The translations under genes were made by a program, and so were the position numbers. A model generated the notes under the pieces. It saw only the letters and a program-made list of their open reading frames with translations, was not told where the DNA came from and made no database searches. Of a DNA stretch of 64,000 nt, positions 44,646-58,820 are shown piece by piece (position 1 is the stretch's first letter; each line of letters begins with the position of its first letter). Source of the DNA: Oculina patagonica. Its lineage: Eukaryota. The stretch covers positions 24,180,001 to 24,244,000 of the forward strand of contig NC_135761.1 in assembly GCF_052425735.1 (NCBI RefSeq). The letters are read 5' to 3'.

Positions 44646-47600
44646 TCAAACATCAGTTTCTCTCGCCCCTGCCAAGACTTGTGTCCAGTCTCTTTGGGGC
44701 GTGTCCCCTTGCGAAGATTGTAACTTAGAAGAGACGATCTTTTGATGACAAACGTCTCGATTACAGAGCTTAGGATATTTATTGCAAAATGTCTTCTCTA
44801 AGGTCGTTTCCTTTTCGTCTAAAGGTTCTTTGCTAAAGGTAGTTTCTTGAAACACGGGAACAAGATGGAGAATGCAAGACGCCAAGGCGCACAATCCTCC
44901 CGAGACAAAGAAAGCCAGTGGATAAGAATGAGAGATGTCGTAAATCCAACCTGTGGGAGAAATTACACTGACATTACACTGGAAATTCCTTCACTCGTCA
45001 TTCACAACTTTTAAGTAATAACTTAATTAGACGTGACACGAATTTAGGAATGAGTGTTTGGACGTGAGTTTTCTGCAACTATTGCGGTCAAAAGAGAGAG
45101 TTAATTAACTTTTGAATGCAATTTTTGAAACTTTTGAGTGAATCTGTTGATACTTTTGGTTTTCCCAAAAGAGAGAGCACGTGAGAGATGACGTCATCTG
45201 CTTGTCAAACGACCGGAAACGTCCACGTTTGTTGACTAGTAAAACATTTGAGCAGGTTTAAATTAAATAAGAACACCGCACAGAAGTCGATGAAAACTCA
45301 TAAGAAACGCGGCCAAATGAAATTAAAGACTCTTCACTTTTCAGTAACACGTACTGACCTTATTGTTATTTTTTTCGTGGGAGCTTAATTCGCACCTTGA
45401 GCACTTGAATAATCTTTAACTCACCCACTAGAGGAGGACCAGAAACATAAGAAAATCCTAGAATTCCAAACAAAAGTCCAACTCCCTCTGACGCTCTGTC
45501 CTTTCCCAAGAGCTGCTCTGCTAAAACAGGCCTTAAAGGCATGGAAATACCTGTAGCTATTCCATGAGCCACCATCAGAGAAACAAACGAGGCGAAAGTT
45601 CTTGCTGTTGCCATGAATGTTTGTGTCACAGCGAAAAGGAGCAAACCCATTTGGTAAAACTTGAGACGGTGAGAAGAAAAGTAGTCCACGATTTTGCCGA
45701 AAAGAAGGACAGCTATGATGAGGCTGGGTGCTTCAATACTGATAAGTAAAGCGGTTTTCTCCTCAGGAATTCCCACTTCTTTGGCAAATGAGGGCTGAAA
45801 AGTCAAGAACATTGCAACAGAGAAAATAGTTTGTATTGATATTTAGTATATACTCAAACGGTGGATATCGTTTTTCGCGCGCGCTGATAGGCTACTCAAA
45901 CTCCAGATATCCTTTGCTATTCACTTCCGAGCTACTCGCGCGCGAAAACTGTACTCGTTAACAGAATAAACTAGTCAAAAGTCCTCTTTTTGGGCTATAT
46001 TATCACCACTAGCCGCCTCCACTTCGGTGAATTGTTGTTAAATAGATAAAAAATATTATTTAAACTGATTTTATTATCTTGTGTTATCTTATTCCGGCAG
46101 TTCAAATATATATTTCATATACAGCTGCATTTATTTAAAACTAGCCATGGTATATATATTGCAATTCCTGAGTTTTGATTAGTAGACAGGCAATGGTATA
46201 TGAGCTCATATACCATGGACCATAAAATATGGTAGGTGTACGCGTCAACGAGAACAGCCGGGGACCTTAAATATTGTTATTCTTTGGATGCTTTTAATAA
46301 AACAATTACTGCCAATTGCGCTTGTTGGGTATGAGATAGTAGCGCCGAGATGACTATCTTCATATCCAACGCGCGCTCTTGGAATAATTGATAGATAGCC
46401 ACTTTTATGTCTTTATCTTCTACGGGTATATTACGAACTCACAAAATGATCAGCTCCCAGATGGCTTGATAGCTCAGTTGGTAAGAGCAGATCCTAGAAC
46501 AGGCTATAACTGGAAAAGCAGAAAAGGCTAGGCTATTTGGCTAGTATTAAAGCAGGGGCGGATCTAGGGGGAGGGTGCATGGGGTGCTCACCCCCCCCCC
46601 CCTCCCAAGATGACCTGCCCCCCTCTAATAAAACTGGTATTCTGCCAAAAAGGTCAGTTACACCATTCCTAAGTGGTGCACTCCCTCCTAAGAAAAATCC
46701 TGGATCCACCCCTGTGAAGGATACGGTGGAGAAATTATCTGACTTACCACATGTGTGTAGGTAACAGAAAATGCTACAGCGAAGATGCTGGTCGCAACGA
46801 CAAACGTCATGTAACGTTTATGTTTCAAGACAGAGAAATCAAACCAAAGAGTTTTCTTATTCTTAATGGTGACAACCAGCTCTTGTTTCTCCTGTCCATA
46901 TGCAGTGGTTTTGTACAAAACGGCCACAAGGGAGTTGAGACTCAAAACTCCAGCTAAAAGAAGGAATGTCCGCGAGAGTCCAACAGCAGCTAAAACACGT
47001 TGCAAACATGGACCGGCTACTGCGCGGCCAGCAGCGTCCCAGAACGTTGCCAGATAATAGACAGTGACAAGCCTCCTACGATAAGAAATGAAACAAGCGA
47101 TTAAGGAAATGTAACCCTTTTCCAGTCGTAGTAAAACATGAAACCCATTCTGGTCTTTTCTGAAGTCACCTGATCGGCGAGCCCCCGATGCAAAGAAGCG
47201 AAGTTTGGCCATTATTGCTTGAATCCTTAAGATACTTTTGAAATCGGCCTGGGGCATTTTGCCAAGGCTAAACAGGGTTAAGGCGGGTGTAAATGTGAAT
47301 TTTATTGAGGTTTTAAGAGGTTTTAAGAAAGGGGTAGAAGTAGAAAAAGATAATAAAATTAGTTTTGGAATACCACCAGACAGTTGACCCCACGCAATAG
47401 CACCCGAGGTTGTCAGGGGACCGTTTTGGTGTCCATGAACTAATTTGTGACTTCAAAATTTTATATTTCTCTAAATTTTACAACCTCTTTGTGAAAATCT
47501 ATTTCCTCCAAAAAATCCCCCCAAATCACCCCAAAATTTATAAAACACCGCAAGACATAGATTTGTGAGACGAACAGACAGTTTTTGGATTGCTTGAAAT

Positions 47601-50600
47601 GTGAACGAGATATTGCCAGTAAACCCACGTTAAACGGCGCAAAAATGACATTCATGTGTATCCCCCCCTTAAGAAAGGCATTTGTTTCGCGCGGATGACG
47701 AAGATTACCACACTTACCTATCAAACCAGAGTGACAGGACTCTGAATGTAGTAATATAGCACAACCCACAGCCAATCCCTGCAATAACGCCATACGTGAC
47801 ATACAGCCAGTCTATGCTTTTGGTTAATGACGATAATACAAGTCCTACCACGCAAAAGAGGCCACCAATGATTCCAGTTAGTCTGCAGCCAAGACGACGG
47901 CAGAGTGTAGTGACCAGCGGACTTACCAAGAAACAAGCACCAACATTGATGGAGCCAACCCATGCTAAAGTAACAAGGAACAGGGTGTTACTGAGAAGGA
48001 ACTGGAATACTGGTTTTTACATGAAATCGAAAATATAACCAAAGTTAATTTTTTGTGCTCCCTAATAGATCAGTTAACTTGATTTATCTTTGTCCTTTTT
48101 CAAAGGTGTTCCAGAGTGTAGCGTTAATCCTGGTTGGGAGAGGGGGAAGTGGGTAGGGGGGCTCTCTAAGTGAGAAATAGTAAAGTCAAGTAAATAAGCA
48201 AAATCGCTGTCAATTAACATTTAATTTCTGGTCGTGTTATTGTATAAAACAAAGCGACCTCAATTTTCCATGCTGTACACGGCTTTTAGGATAAGTGGGG
48301 CGCGGTGGCCTAATGGCTACTGCGCTTAACTCTGGATCGAGCGGTCCGGGTTCGAGGCCTGGCAGGGGCGCTGCGTTGTGTTCTTAGGCAACAAACTTTA
48401 ATCTCACAGTGCCTCTCTCCACCCAGGTGAATAACGGGTATTGGCGAATTTACTGCTGTGGGGTAACCCCTGCCATGGACTAGAAACCCAACCGGGATAA
48501 GCTCCGACCTGATTGGTTATTAGGCTCGAACGCAGTCATCAAAACTAGCAGAGAGAGATGACATAGGGAGTTTTAGTCGCCTTTTTTGCCAGATACTCTC
48601 GCGCTGCATCAAACGCGCGTGTTTTTCAAAATAGCTTAACTCTAAACGAAGTTATGTTGTCTTTCGGATCCGTCTCGTATTAAGGCCCGCCCAAACACCC
48701 AGGGAGGGTACTCGGGTTTTTAAGTGACGGAGATGATCGAAGGATTTTTTTGGGTTTGAAATTTTCGATTCCTGGATTTTTTTGGGTGGAAGAATTTCAT
48801 CATGTTTGTGGGTATTACAAACAAACTGAAGATTTGTGGTAGTGCCTTGGCTGCGTAGTTCTGCGAAGAAAGTACAAACAAACGTGTTTTGCTGTTGATT
48901 TTTGTGGGGGCAATTTTTGATCTAGGGAATTTTTTAGGATTCTGTTGGAAGCCCTAGGGATTTTTTTGGGCCTTGATTTTTGTCCCCATTCGATCTTCCC
49001 CGTCACTTGAAATCCCTTACCCCCCTGGGCCCAAACCGAGTCACATAACAAACAATACAGCAAGGACCAGCAAGGCTGATAGCATTCCCTGTGATAATAC
49101 GCAAAGTAGACTTTGCGAGATACCAACAGGACTACAGAACCGATGAACTAGGGTTGCCCACGTAGACAGCTGTTTCGTTCATGTTGGAACTTGTCAGCAT
49201 GGTGCAGCAAATCTAAATGACGTCATGCCTACGCCATTTGTCGGCCTTGCTGTATTGTTTGTTATCTCCGCCGAAAAGTAGAGAGAAACGACAGGCGGAA
49301 ATACGTCTGTGTTCTCAGGCTATGCAACTCCCTGCGTATCTCATCGAACGAAATTGGACGGGATTTTCAACGAACTTAATCGAACTCAATCTAACTAAAT
49401 CGAACGATCAAATGACGATTTTGTTCGGTCATCCAAATTCAAAATCGAATTTCATTTTTCGATTGAGTTCAATTTAGTTCGAAAATAAACGTTCGATGTG
49501 ATACGCGGACAGTTACTTCATTTTTTCGGCTGATCAGATTCGAATCAGATCTCTTGATCTCTGTTTTTAATTACAGTCGACTCCCGATAACTCGAACCTT
49601 CAAGGGAAATTGAAAAATTAAAGGTTCGAGTTATCGGGAGTTCGAGTTATAGAGAGTTGAGAACAAATGACCGGAAATAAGGAAAAAACTGTGTCAACTG
49701 TTTTTCAATTCATACAGCGTACGTTTTAATCCAATTTAATTATCGGTATAGTATATATATAGTATTGAAAAGTCGAGTGAAAATGGAACAATACATTTCC
49801 AAATGACTGTATAAATCGTATTTAAACGTAATGTGAAAGAAAGCAAAGCAGCAGGAGATGCCTGGGTACTTCGAACTTTGTAGCTTTCAAAGAGAACAAC
49901 GTCCGGCTACTACTATAGAGTTCAAGCGATTTACTTTCAATACGCCCTGACGCTTCTCAACTAATCACTATCGATTATCCTTGAAAGTTTTTCATGGTGG
50001 ACTTGCTAGCTAGAATCGGTATCAATCTCTTACAACAAACTACACATCTGCAGCACGTCAATGTTTGCCAATGGCATGGCACAGTTCGTGTTTTGGGGGG
50101 CATTTCGGGGCGGCTCTGATTCGTGTACGTATTTATTTCAAAACAAAGTCGGTGTTTTCAGTTGACTACAGTACACTGGTACACTGTTTGTTGGTGACTT
50201 GCCACGTACTGACAGACATGGTTCGATTTACCGAGGGTAAAATTATATAGAAAATGACCTGAAAGGAAACGAAAATTGGTTCGAGTTAGCGGAAGATTCG
50301 AGTTATCGAGGGTTCGAGTTACCGAGGGTAAAATTACAGTAAATGTATGACGGACTGATCCAGGGGAAAGCGATTTTGGTTCGAGTTAGCGCGAGGTTCG
50401 AGTTAGCGAGGGTTCGAGTAGCCTGCGAGCAGGCTCTCTATTCGGGGGCAACGTGAATCTCTTTCTTAGGGTTCGAGTTATCGGGAGTCGACTGTAGATC
50501 CTACTTTAAAAGCATTATCATGATATCGTTGGCAATCCCTTGTCGTTCTACGTTTTACCAAATGGAGCCGCGGGTATATGTATCTTATCTAACTTCATGT

Positions 50601-51397
50601 ATTATTTAGTAGAGTTTCTTGTGCATTTTGTAAACTTTTCAGTGAATTTTCTTTCAGTCAATAGCTCGGTTGAGTATCTTTTAACATCCGGTATAAATTG
50701 ATTTATGAACTGAAGACTAATCCGTCAGCACGTTCATAATTTGCAGTCTGTATGTTAGTTTCTTATGTTCTTGCGTGATTTAAGCTTAGCCGGTTTGTTT
50801 TTTCGATATACGAGAAAGTTCCAAAATCAACGACCCTCGGTGACTAATGATCGGATTTTAAAGTAGCCTTTTCCTGTGACTTCTTTCGAAAGATCGCTAT
50901 TTTTGTGAGTTCCTTACTTTTGGTTAGCTAAAAACGTGCACATTTCACTGGCTGATTTATCTTATATCATAATCGCAACTAATCATGTCTAATCACAGAA
51001 CATACACGCAACCGGCACATTCACGATTGCGTGCTTTTTCTTGTCGTTTTTCTGTTTTGAGTTTCAAATGCACATCAAAAGCATCGCGTGCCTCAAGGTC
51101 ACAGACATAACAGCAGTGATAGCAAAAGAACTTACTGTACTTGAGCCCCTATGAGCTACAGAGTTTCTCTAAAGCAAAACGTAGTTACATGTACAAATCA
51201 AGAAAGCAACAACACGCATTTATTTCAGTACCTGATTTCGCTTTTCCGCCATCGCTAAGTTCGTTCAAAATGTAGATATACAGTATGCCAAAGTTGTTCT
51301 GCAGTCCTGAAACAAGAAACTGAACCGTGCAGGCGGCAAAACATACAACCCAGCCGTACCCACCATCTGGAACAACTGGGTGCTTTGGATGGTCCAT
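44646..51397 (-). CDS. SLC16 / monocarboxylate-transporter-like MFS protein, 5 exons (51397-51232, 47964-47718, 47075-46748, 45794-45425, 44950-44646), ~471 aa
   Basis: PDGGYGWVV SLC16 signature, AWVGS, RRLGCR, WFDRRR, FDFSVLK, GPPLVGWIYDISHSY; all GT-AG junctions phase-compatible; total 1416 nt. Confidence 0.9.
46553..46714. mobile_element. MITE CAGGGGCGGATC...GATCCACCCCTG in MCT intron 3
   Basis: Terminal inverted repeats. Confidence 0.7.
48297..48535 (+). mobile_element. tRNA-derived SINE
   Basis: A-box TGGCCTAATGG, B-box GGTTCGAGGCC, followed by a CACAGTGCCTCTCTCCACCCAGGTG core typical of marine-invertebrate SINEs; 3' end approximate. Confidence 0.75.
49574..50494. mobile_element. Tc1/mariner (pogo-like) MITE
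   Basis: TA|CAGTCGACTCCCGATAACTCGAACC...GGTTCGAGTTATCGGGAGTCGACTG|TA; many GTTCGAGTTA subterminal repeats. Confidence 0.88.
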
Positions 51398-52106
51398 ATG
51401 CACACGGCACTGAAACGTCTCCGTACAGTCACGGAACCCGCAACCCGAAGGTCACCACAGAAAGCATCACGCTCAACGTCAAAAAGATGTTAATTCTATC
51501 ATCGAATGAAAGGGGGCTTGTCTTTTTTTTAGGTGGGGGTAGATTGGCAAAATTACGGGGGCGTGTGAGAAGTTTTAAGTCATTAGAACCCTTTCAGGGG
51601 GAGGGGGGTACAAACTTTAACGAACAGCGAAAGGGGGTGGTTATTATCATTTTAGAGTAGCAGATCAAGACTTAAATATAATTCCTTTTCCTCAAAGTGC
51701 TATTTTCGTGAAAGTGATGAGAGAAGATTGTTCAATAGCCCAAAACTTCAGTCTTCTACCAGCTCCGAAACTTCATATTTGATTCATATTCTCGTACATT
51801 CATCCCGAGGATTGATTAATTGCTTCTAGTTTTAGTACGCCGATGATCCCTTCAGACATGCTTCTTATTGAAGCAATGTTCTCTTACTGAAGCGTATTTA
51901 AAGGCGCAATTTCACGCAATGCTAGGCAATTTCGGCACTAACCAACTGTTATTTCTATTTAGTTATCAAACCTTTCACCTATAAGGGCTGCGTAATAGTA
52001 TTCCTATTTTTGTGCCAACAAATAATATCTTCTCAATCAGGCTTCTCACAGAAATATTTTTTTATTTTTCTTTGCGCGAATCTCGAAATCCAGTCAATCT
52101 GTTTAA

Positions 52107-52592
52107 AGGGACACTGTCACCAGTTTTACTTCAAAACCTCAAAAGCCTAAAGACATATAGAAACTACAAATAGTGGTCCAATTTTGTTAAAAATCGCCAT
52201 GCAAGCGTACTGAAGCGATAAGCAAGTGATATTATTGTGATGCCATCGGGAACTTTAAATCTCAACTTGAAAAAATTTAGGCTGATTTTTCAAGATTTGT
52301 CCTTGTGTACTGGAGAAACACCTAAAAACTATTATGGCTTCCTCCTTCTTTCAACAACAATTTACTTTATATCTTCATCTTGATGTACTAGGTGCATTTC
52401 ATGTACGAGAAAACCTATTTGCCAATTTTAGTACTAGCCTGCGAATACAGCCGCCTCTCATTCGCGTCCCGCAACGAAGAGCGAAACGCGTTTCGCTCTT
52501 CGTTGCGGGACGCGAATGAAAGGCGGCTGTATTCGCAGGCTATTTTAGTACTTTTTATTAAAACGCATTAAAATCCCCTTGACAGAGTCCCT
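52107..52592. mobile_element. Kolobok-like MITE containing a nested hairpin element
   Basis: TTAA|AGGGACACTGTCA...TGACAGAGTCCCT|TTAA; empty paralogous site at ~53240. Confidence 0.8.
52435..52542. mobile_element. 108-bp near-perfect palindrome with TAG termini and 9-bp TSD
   Basis: TAGCCTGCGAATACAGCCGCC...GGCGGCTGTATTCGCAGGCTA; TSD TTTTAGTAC. Confidence 0.88.
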
Positions 52593-52639
52593 TTAACGGC
52601 GTTAGAGCTATCTTCAGCTGTATATTATAAGTCAGTGTC

Positions 52640-52859
52640 TTTAATAAATATACTGAGTTTCCTGAAACTGGCCGAAGATGGAGAATGCAAGATTGTGACA
52701 CTGAAACAAGAATTTAAACATCAGTTTCTCTCGCCCCTGCCAAGGCTTGTTTCCAGTCTCTTTGGGGCGTGTTTACTTGAGACGATTGTTACTTAGAAGA
52801 GATGATCTTTTGATGACAAATGTCTTGACTACAGAGTTTCAGATATTTATTGCAAAATG
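52640..52859 (-). pseudogene. Orphan copy of the MCT terminal-exon 3' half and 3' UTR
   Basis: Encodes FCNKY...LAGARETDV* (stop 52714-52716), like 44646 and 53630; no recognisable splice acceptor. Confidence 0.75.
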
Positions 52860-53629
52860 GCTCCTTCTCTTCCGTTAAATTGATTTTTGCGCTACGGTGC
52901 TAAATTTCTCTAACTTTGCTAGAGCCTGGAAAGGAGACCATGTTCAAGTACGGGTATATTGGCCTGTTTTAGCTAGCACCAATTTTACACCAAAAACTGA
53001 TCAGGTTTTTTTTCGATTAGCTCTGTCAGAATGCAGTCAATATTCAAAATGAACAGTCCTGTAGAAAGATCTATTGAACCTCTATTAGTTGCACATCACA
53101 ACAACCTGCTGACGTGTAAATTGGTGACGTCGCAAGTGGTTTAATGGTCATTCCTCCAAATCCTGGAATAATCCGGGCTTTGCATAATAAGGGTTAATTT
53201 GCTTATTTAGAATCGCACGAATCTCGAAATCCAGTCAGTTTGTTTATCGGTGTTGGAGCTATCTTCAGCTGAATATGTAAACACTGTTCAACTGCGAACA
53301 GAAATATAAAAAACTCGGCGTCTCAGCGTCTACAGTTTATTTTTTTTTTTAAAATGCGCAGAATATAATCACGTTGTTGATCTGCAGTTGTTTTTTTACC
53401 AAGCTTTAAATACCCCCCCCCCCCCAAACAATCTGTTTTCTTGTTGTCATATTGTGATTCGCTTTAAAAACTCCTAACCAATAAACAGAGAAACATCGAT
53501 ATGTTTGGACATCTCTTATCAACGATCGTTTTATTTTTCAAAAAGAAACCAGTACCAGATTTTTCAATAAATATAGTTTCCTGAAACCGGAAAAAGATGG
53601 AGAATGCAAGATTTTTACAATACAAGAAC

Positions 53630-56600
53630 TCAAACATCAGTTTCTCTAGCCCCTGCCAAGACTTGTGTCCAGTCTCTTTGGGACGTGTCCACTTGCGATG
53701 ATTGTAACTGGGTTTGGAAACAAGCGTCTTGATTACAGAGTTTCGGGTATTTATTGCAAAATGTCTCCTCTAATATTGCTTTCTTTTCGTGTAAAGGTTC
53801 TTCACTAAATGCAGTTTCTTGGAACACGGGAACAAGATGGAGAATGCAAGAGGCCAAGGCGCACAATCCTCCAGAGACAAGGAAAGCCAGTGGATACGAA
53901 TGAGAGATATCGTAAATCCAACCTGTGGGAGATTAAAAGCTGGTATTACACCGTAAATTTTTTCATTGGTCATAATTTTAAGAAATATCTTAATGGTTAA
54001 ACGTGAATGAGAGTCGGCATGGATTGAGGGATGAGTGTTTGGACGAGAGTTTTCTGCAACTCGTGCGGTGAAAAGAGAGGGTTAAATTTTGAATGATTTT
54101 TTGAAATTTTTGGTGAATTTTTTGAATTTTTTTTTTCTTAAGAGTGGGAAGTAAGTAAGGCCTTTTTTTCATATGACAGATGACATCATCTGCTTGTTGA
54201 ACGACCGCGATAAGTGAACGTTGGCGTCAAATCTTAAACATTTGAGCAGGTTCACGTTTAATAAGAACGCCGCACGGAAGTCGATAAGAACTCATAAGAA
54301 TGGCGGCCTAATGAAAGACTAAACCGAGAGTATGAACGCAGGCTTACCATACTATGTTTGTGTGGTCACAGCTTGCCAATATAATAATTCAAATTATTTT
54401 TCACTTATTGCTATTGCAAATAAGTTTAAAAGCTTCCTAAATCGACTTTATACGGCTTCGTATTTGTAATAAAGTACAGAAGAAATATTTTCACGTCGAT
54501 TAAGGTTTTTTTAATGCCGGTTTAGGAAGCTTCAAATTGTTTACAAAAGCTATAAGCCGGAAGAAATTCTGACAATGACATTGGCAAGCAGTGACTACAC
54601 AAACATTATGGTAAGCCTGTGGCTTGAATTGACCCCAACTTTTGTTTTCGTTTTAACTCAGCCTATTGAGAATATAGTGGCAGGGATAATACATAGATAC
54701 CGGCAAGGGATAAATTCTCAAGGAGTTGTATACATGTCTCGTAGTCAATGTTCTAATATTTCAGTCAAATGGAAAAAAACCTTGATGACTTTTAGGGAAG
54801 TTCTTGAATACTCACCAGCTAAGGGAGGGCCAATGATGTATGCAAATCCCAGAATTCCAAACAAAAGTCCAACTCCCTCAGACGCTCTGTTCTTACCCAG
54901 GAGCTCCTCTGCTAAAACAGGCCTTAATGGCATGACGAGACCTGTAGCTATCCCATGAGCCACCATCAGCGCAGCGAACGAGGCGAACGTTCTTGCTGTT
55001 GCGATAAATGTTTGTGACACAGCATAAAGGAGGAAGCCCACTTGGTAGAACTCCAGACGGCTAGAAGAAAAATATTCCACGATTTTTCCCAGAAGAAGGA
55101 CTGCTATTACGGAGCTGGGTGCTTCAATACTGAGAAGTAAAGCGGATTTCTCCTCAGGAATTCCCATTTCTTTAGCAAAAGAAGGCTGAAAAGTCAAGTA
55201 CATTGCGACAGAGGAAATAAAAGACATTTCTGGTTGCATTTGTACATAAAAGCAACAACCAATATAATCCGCTTCTTATTAGGAGCGTTGCTCCGATAAA
55301 AGGGTTGTCTCCCCCCCCCTGGGTTAGGGGGGGGTGGAGGTTGGGTATTAAGTCGGAAAAAAATTTAAAATGTATGCGGAAGGCTCCAACCAGAGGTCTA
55401 ATCTTGACCCTTTGATATGCAGAAAAGGTACCCTTTCGTATACCGTCGAAACGAAAATGGTACTCCTTTTACATACCTACAGAATTTTCCCTTGAATAAC
55501 CCTTAAAAAAATAAATGAATCGACAGTTCGGTGGGTCAATTCGAGATATTTTAAAAGTCCCTTTTAAATGCCTAAATAAAATGCCAGTTTTCCCTACCCT
55601 TTTGTATACTACTTCAACTCGTGAGATCTATACCCTTTGTTATTAAAAAACTAGCAATGATGTATTGCAATTCCTGAGTTTTGATCGGTTAACAGGCAAT
55701 GGTATATGAGCTCATATACCATTGACCACAAAAATGGTAGCCGATACGCTTCAAAGAAAATAGCTTGGGAGCTCAAATATTGCAATTCTTTGGGCGTTTT
55801 TTATAAAACAATTATCCCACTCACTCTTGTTGAATATGAGATCGTTATAGCCAACTCGGCGCTACGCACCTCGTTGGCTATCTACAATCTCATATCCAAC
55901 GCGCGCTTGTGGAATAATTGTTAAATACACATCCCGGGATACATGTATATGTAGTCTATAAAGGCACCCCTTTTGGGCGGAGCTTCCCGGTATAGTCACT
56001 ATAGGAAGTACACCTCGGAACATTATCCGGTTAATCGATCCAAGAAACCCAATGGTGTTTATACTTAGCTCTGGTTTCCGAATGGGTAAAATGTAATATG
56101 TTTTAGCTTACCACATGCGCGTACGTAGCAGAAAATGCTACAGATAAAACGCTAGTTGCGATGACGAAAGTCGTGTAAGGTTTGTGTTTCAAGACAGAAA
56201 AATCAAACAAAGGACTCCTCTTCTTTGTAGTGTCAGACATCTCTTGTTTCTCCTCTGTGTATGCTGAGGGCTTATACAAAAACGCCACAAGGAAGCTGAC
56301 ACTAAATATTGCTGCCAAAAGAAGAAAGGTCCGCGAGAGTCCTACAGAAGCTAGTACACGTTGTAAACAAGGACCTGTTACCAGGCAACCTGCGGCGCCA
56401 GAGATTAACGCCAAATAATTGACCAAGACAAGTCTCCTAGAACCAGAAATAAAAACCAACATTTAGTGATGAAGAATTGTAACCTTTTTATTCAGCCGTA
56501 GCCATTCCTTTTATCCTGAAATTTAACCGTCTCCTCCGGTCGCTAACTTGCAAAGCACCAGAAGTAAGGCTATCCTTCTTTGAGCCTGCCACGAAAACTA

Positions 56601-57774
56601 AAGAGCACAAGGTTGGGGCACGGCGAACAAGGCAGTTAAATGTGCCCAGCGCGCGAGTGCGTGGAGAACTAGCATATTTGCGTGCGTCCAGTAAAAGCGG
56701 AAACTGTTTTTGTATTCCTTCCTGTAGCCATAACAGATTATGGCTCCTGATTTCTTCTCATTACTTTTGTTTCTTCAAGTTCCTTCGCTCCTGTTGCGGT
56801 TAGCGAAAAATTCATTTTAGTGGTCGACCCTCGTGATCAGTAAGTTTGCATTATTATATCGTTTTCAGGGCGTGCGTAGTAGCTTAGTTATTTTACAGCT
56901 CATTTTCGAGAAAGGTTGTCGAAAAAAACAAAAACAAAAGTGCACGCGACAAGACCGAAAGGTTGTCTGGGTATTCACTGGAATTTTGCATATTGGCCTA
57001 AACGGGTTGAAAAGTAAACTTTCATATGAAAAATTGGGAAATTGGTATAAGCTAGAGGAATTGTACAAGTTTGTATTTTTGCGCGTGAAGAATTTGTTTT
57101 TCCTCTTCTCTGGAGGCCTTTTTCTGTAGCTTTGCTTTAACTGTCGCACGTTTTGAAAATTCTTCAAAATTCAGCGTGGCTAAGAGTACCTTGTTTCCAC
57201 ATGTCTGAAGTGAAGGAAAACGTGCAAATTCGCGTTTGTCATGTCGTTATATCTCATTTGTATTTAGCACGTAGCTCTTTACTTCTACTCATACTATCTT
57301 TCAGTCTTGTCGCGTGCACTTGGCCGCGCTTCTCTCCGACCTTTCTCAAAAAGCTGTATAAAGAAAGATAAACTCAGTAGTGAACGACTATTTACTTAAT
57401 GACCGACTAAATATTAGGCAAACTCGCAATCTGATTGGCTACGCATGAGAGCGCGCGCTCACACCTTGTTAGCCTTTACGAAGAGTGATTTGTTTCGCGC
57501 GTGGATGACGAAGATTACTATACTTACCTATCGAACCAGAGTGAATAGACTCTGAATGTTGTTACATAGCACAAACCACAGCCAATCCCTGCAGTAACGC
57601 CATACGTGACACAAAGCCAGTCTATGCTTCTGGTTAATGACGATAATACAAGTCCTGCCACGCAAAAGAGGCCGCCAATGATTCCAGTTAGTCTGCAGCC
57701 CAGGCGACGGCAGAGTGTAGTGACCAGCGGACTCGCCAAGAAACAAGTACCAACATTGATGGAGCCAACCCATG
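53630..57774 (-). CDS. Second SLC16/MCT paralog, exons 2-5 (57774-57528, 56436-56112, 55185-54816, 53922-53630); exon 1 beyond the window end
   Basis: Same intron positions and phases as 44646-51397; 63694-63900 matches the intron-1 sequence at ~50700-50900. Confidence 0.88.
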
Positions 57775-57798
57775 CTAAAGTAACGAGGAACAGGGAGT

Positions 57799-58083
57799 TA
57801 GAGCGGTTTTCACTTGAGTGACGAAAGTTATTTTCGTTTGCTTTGGTTTTGCATTACTACGCTTAGTGATTGGCTCAAAAAACTCGCGCCACTTTCGAAG
57901 CCAATCAAAAGTAAAACCAAAACCAATCGTGGCTCGCTCACGCACGTTTTACCGCGCTTCGTGCCGGTTACATGTATTTGCTTCGAGTTTTGATTGGTTT
58001 ACTGGATTGTCCGTGTCCTTTGTGATTGGCCAGAGTGATTACCTTAGTTTTGGTTTTACGACACTCAATTTAAAACTGCTCTA
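57799..58083. mobile_element. MITE TAGAGCGGTTTT...AAAACTGCTCTA
   Basis: Inverted ends; absent at the paralogous site ~47990. Confidence 0.75.
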
Positions 58084-58252
58084 CTAAAATACTGGTTACA
58101 GTTAAATAAAATAACCAAAACTGATTTCGTGCTTGCTGCGTTTTCAATTCGCTTGATTTCTCTTTGACCTTTAAAAGGTACTGGCGCCTTGTGTTGATTC
58201 TGGTTTAGTAGAGGGGGGGGGGGGGGGGTGGAAGATGGGGGCGCTCCAAGTA

Positions 58253-58365
58253 CAGTGGAACCTCGATATTACGAAGGGGCAAGGGACTGGCAAGCTATGT
58301 TCACGATAAAGAGGTTTCGTTATATCATATATTATGTAGAAGTTCGTTAAATCGAGTTTCCACTG
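58253..58365. mobile_element. Short pogo-like MITE
   Basis: TA|CAGTGGAACCTCGAT...ATCGAGTTTCCACTG|TA. Confidence 0.75.
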
Positions 58366-58820
58366 TATTGGAAAAAATCCTTCCTGTGACGTGTCGCTGT
58401 GATATTGCAGTTTTTTTATTATATTTGTGCAAAATTAACGGAGGAAAATGACTGAGGGAGTCCTCTTTCCCAACAAAAACAATTTTAGCCGCCATTTTAC
58501 GCCAAATGGTTTATAAAAAATTCCTATTGCCATGAATTGAACTCGAGTGTTCTAAAAATGGCACAAAACTACATTGAGTGATGAAGTTTAATACGGTCTC
58601 CATCCCGACCCCAATGCAGCATGTTTACCGCAAACGAAATTATATGTCGCCTTTCGTCTCCGCGTATCAAGGCCTACCCAAGCGAAGTCACAGGTATTTT
58701 CCATAAAATTTTTTATAACTAACTTTATGTGTTGTATGTAGAGTTTCTTGCATGTGCGTTTTGACTTGTTTTTCGGTAAGTAGCTTTGATCGGTAGATTT
58801 CCTTTAAATATCCGTATTAA

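Noticed and set aside
46462-46490. tRNA-like 5' half (GGCTTGATAGCTCAGTTGGTAAGAGC)
   Set aside because: Truncated with no T-arm or acceptor 3' strand; part of a dispersed repeat
48297-48370. Possible tRNA gene
   Set aside because: Degenerate cloverleaf running into a SINE body; annotated as a SINE
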